A stretch of 64,000 bases of DNA, taken from assembly GCA_028534125.1 (NCBI GenBank), contig CM052816.1, positions 60,762,001 through 60,826,000 of the forward strand, in the 5' to 3' direction. Position 1 is the first letter of the stretch, and the number at the start of each line of letters is the position of its first letter. Shown here one piece after another: positions 60,666 to 64,000 of the stretch. The DNA is from Lama glama. Taxonomy: Eukaryota. The notes beneath the pieces were generated by a model. That model made no database searches and was not told the origin of the DNA. It saw nothing but the letters and a program-made list of their open reading frames with translations. Made by a program: the position numbers and the translations under genes.

Positions 60666-61849
60666 AATATAACTATGAAGACTCGCTCAAGGGTCCAAGA
60701 TCAGACTTTAAAGTTTGGCCATTCTCATCTCCTTTTAGATGCTCCCTGGTGAATCAGTGCCCTTAAATCTATTAGACTCAGTTTTGCCACTTTATGTGTA
60801 AATCTATAGGCTTTGGGCTTTCATTTCAAAAATCAGTTATATACTGACAGTCTCAGTAGCCAAGAATGATAGAGTAATATCCATATGCTGTTGTATTTTG
60901 GAGTCAGATCGAAATCACTCAGTTCCTAAATGCCTAATGATCTAGCAGAAAGGAGTCTGGAAATTGGAAAGGCTAAGAAGTTGAGTTGCAGTTTGATCAG
61001 CTACCCAACACTGAACACACAAAACAAGTAAACTGTGGCTGTGGCGGCTCCCCAGTCCTTCTGTCTTGGATTGCAGGAGATAGAGCCCCAAACCTGAAAT
61101 GGGTTAGATATGAACATAATTAATAGCCATGTGACTTTAAAGTGACTAAATTTCTCCAAGCTTCAGTGTCCTCATCTGTAAAATGGGGATTAAAATAGTC
61201 ATGTCCGTGGTAAAGCCAATTCAGGCACTATGATTACATCTGTAAGACAAACGTAGCTAGTACCTCTTTTATTCCTATGTCTCATCTGATCCTCCTCGCA
61301 ACTTCCATTGTCAACCGGGTAGCAAGAGAGAAAAAAAAAAGCCAAATTTAATCCAATCCAGAAACAATCAGCCCAATACAACACTTAAAGCTGTTTCTTT
61401 AGTAAACTCAGTCTCTTCCAGATTAACACCCAATCTTGCAGCATCTCACTCCCTTCTGTTTCCCCTCCCCACATTGAAAGCCAGCCTCTGGCAAGCTTCC
61501 TGGGCAATTAAGGTCCATCTGGCATGTTCTGTCCTATCTACTGGCTCCTCTGGTCGCCTCTTCTACCTGGTTACAGGTGGCCTCCTGCCATTCAACAGTG
61601 GTGTCTATCCTTCATGTTTTGGTCTGTTCTCTTGGCTAAATCAGGGGCTAGTGGACCTTCTCAGCTGACTTGGACTCAGCTGGGCCTTTGCTGGAACTGT
61701 GAACCCTTGAAACCTGGCTGTGACGCCCATTCAAACCTCAGACTAAGCAGCCAGCCTCATAATCCTTCGCTGCAGTTTCATTTCACTCCAACCACTGTGA
61801 ATCCATCTCCTCACTCCCATCTGCTCCTACAATCTCTGCAGTCTGACTC

Positions 61850-62300
61850 TAAGCAGACTCTGAATATCTCTCAAGATTACATTTATCTCACTTAAAAACA
61901 ATCTAGAGGTAGACAGTCCAGGGTTTGTATCTCCACGAAATCATCAGGACCGAGACTTCCCATATGTCTTCCCTTTTGCCAGACCTGCTTCTTCTATGCT
62001 CAAGATTACCTCATGTTACAGAGTGCCAACTGAAGTTCCAGCCATTTTGTCCTGCTTCCAAGTAATAACAAGAAGGATGGGGAGTGTCCCTCTGACAGGT
62101 CAGCTTCCTTTAAGGAGCCATCCCAGAAGTTTCACTCAAACTTTTGCTTACATTTCATCGTCCATAATTGAGTTTTATGGTCATATCTAGCTGCAATATA
62201 GACTTTCAACTGGGTGAAATTCTGCCCCCAAAGTAGGATTCCATTACTTAGGAAGACAAAGGAATGAAAAGTTGGGAGATAGCCAGTTATCACTGCTGAC
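61850..62300 (-). mobile_element. MLT1K/L-type MaLR LTR
   Basis: aatctagaggtagacagtccaggg...tcatcaggacc...gttccagccattttgtcc...cttttgcttacatttcat...ggtcatatctagctgcaa. Confidence 0.6.
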
Positions 62301-62844
62301 TACAGAACTTGTGCACTTACCCCATCCCATTCTGGCTCTAGAGTTCTCACTCAGGCCTTCTGTCTGCCTCACAGGCTGGCAGCCTCAGGTTGTGCTTCAC
62401 TCTGCAAAGTAGTCTTCTGCACGAGTGCCATACAGGGCATTTCACTAGGATCTCTTCTGCTCCCAACTTGTACCTCCACCTAAACGTGCTCCCTCACCCG
62501 TAAACACACATTCACACATGCCCCAGGGCTCCAGCCAGAGCAAGCACGGTCAGGACCCATGTGCCACCAAGTCTTCCCTGGATTTCATCCCTTTCTTCCC
62601 ACAACTCCAGGGATGGAAGAAAGAGGATTTCCACTCCCTCATCCTCTTCATCCCTGCCCTTCCTGTACACCCACAACGCACAGCACATAGCCCTGCCTCC
62701 TTTTCCCAGACACAACTGAGGGGGGAATGGCCGCCAGGCACTAAGCAGGAAAAAAATGAAAATGCACTGGCTTAATATTTTGAAAATATTACCCTGTTAC
62801 ATCTATATTCTTTTTTATTTATCGAGCACATGCGAAGTATATAG

Positions 62845-62972
62845 CATTTTTAATGAGTAATAGGGTTGTCACGGGAATCAAAATGAGATAAAATATGGAA
62901 ATCTCTTGCCACGACACATGGCATATTGAACATGCTTAATAAATGTTAGCCATTATTGTTGTTATTATTATT
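62845..62972 (+). mobile_element. MIR 3' half
   Basis: tagggttgtcacgggaatcaaaatgagataaaatatggaa...tggcatattgaacatgcttaataaatgttagccattattgttgttattatt. Confidence 0.7.
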
Positions 62973-64000
62973 TAAATAATAGTACCCAGTCTGCCTCAGT
63001 CTCTCTCTCCCATGCATGCCGCATGCAGAGCTCCGTCTCACACAGCGTTATGCTCAATCACAGCAGTTTCTGTTTTGCTTTGTTTCAAACCCCATTTTCT
63101 GGAAACAGAAGGAATTTCTTCCTAAGAAAAGGTGTACATACTACTGGGAGACCTAACTCCTAATTAACTTTGTTACTGGATGCCATGTAACTGTGAGCAA
63201 GTCACTGTTCTTTAGGGGAGAGGACTAATTGGAAGAGGAAAGATTGATGAAGGTCAGTGTGGATGGCGACATGGAATTATGGCTGGAGGCTGGGTCAGCT
63301 GCAGTCAGGTCTTTTCAAACCACACCTCATCGTGGACTCTAAATTATTTCTTATCCCCCGTGACCTCCCACACTTTGTGTGTTTGTGTAGCAGTAGCTCG
63401 AGAGAGCACATGAGTTGAATAAGGCAAGATGAGAATTGATCTATTGACAGTCAATCCAGGGGTGGCTCAGGGAGATGCCAGAGGCTCTGGACAAAACTAC
63501 ATTTAAGCAGATTTGAAAAAGAGTTAGGAGGAAAACAAGGATGTAAATTCAGTTGACTCGGGTGTATTTGGGTCTCAGAGCTCACCAGGTGCATTGGATT
63601 TCCTAGGGTGGAGCAGGAAATCCCCCGAGATTTAGAGCTGTAAATAAGGAGGTTTTTTAATGTAGGGAAAATATGACTGAGCAGATTTGCAATAGTTGCA
63701 GGTCAGTTACATTTAAGTAGAGCATGTAGCCGTCCAACAAGAATGTCAACAAATGCTTTAAATAGCCTCAGAAAGTATCATCGCCAGGACCAGCCTCCAC
63801 AGGGCAGGACTTTCTCAGACTCAGGGAATTTCCAGGTTGTAGTGGAAGAGCAGGGACGTTGAGATGGGAGGTGATGGGTCTTGGGGGACAGGACAGCGGC
63901 ATTACAGGGTTCAGCAGGAGCCTGGGGTTGGGGTTCTCTGAAGTCTCGAGGCAAATCTGTCCTCATTTCATCTAGTCTCCCACACAAACGAGCTGAATTC

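Noticed and set aside
1..64000. CRISPR array, operon or other prokaryote-type system
   Set aside because: The sequence is mammalian repeat-rich DNA with no regularly spaced direct repeats of CRISPR size and no dense long ORFs.

Overview
Mammalian non-coding genomic DNA. Two copies of a tRNA-Ala-derived SINE matching the camelid Vic-1 family point to an alpaca/llama/camel genome. I found no recognisable protein-coding gene, processed pseudogene, functional RNA gene or CRISPR array. The ORFs in the track are short, overlap repeats or an assembly gap, or show no recognisable homology. The window is dominated by interspersed repeats: LINE-1 fragments of several ages, L2, MIR, CR1/L3, about a dozen ERVL/MaLR solo LTRs (MLT1, LTR16, LTR33/41-type), hAT DNA-transposon fossils (MER3, MER5, MER63, MER102, MER113) and one decayed ERV-L integrase plus dUTPase segment. 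Between them lie repeat-poor blocks that look like candidate cis-regulatory sequence. A 500-N gap sits at 48505-49004. Repeat family names come from my recall of consensus sequences, not a database search, and most boundaries are approximate. I see no convincing new biological system. The best leads are the orphan ERV-L IN/dUTPase relic, a cluster of related hairpins at ~40.0-40.4 kb, a CpG-rich exon-like patch at ~54.5 kb, a promoter-like G-quadruplex element at ~24.7 kb, and internally deleted L1 copies.
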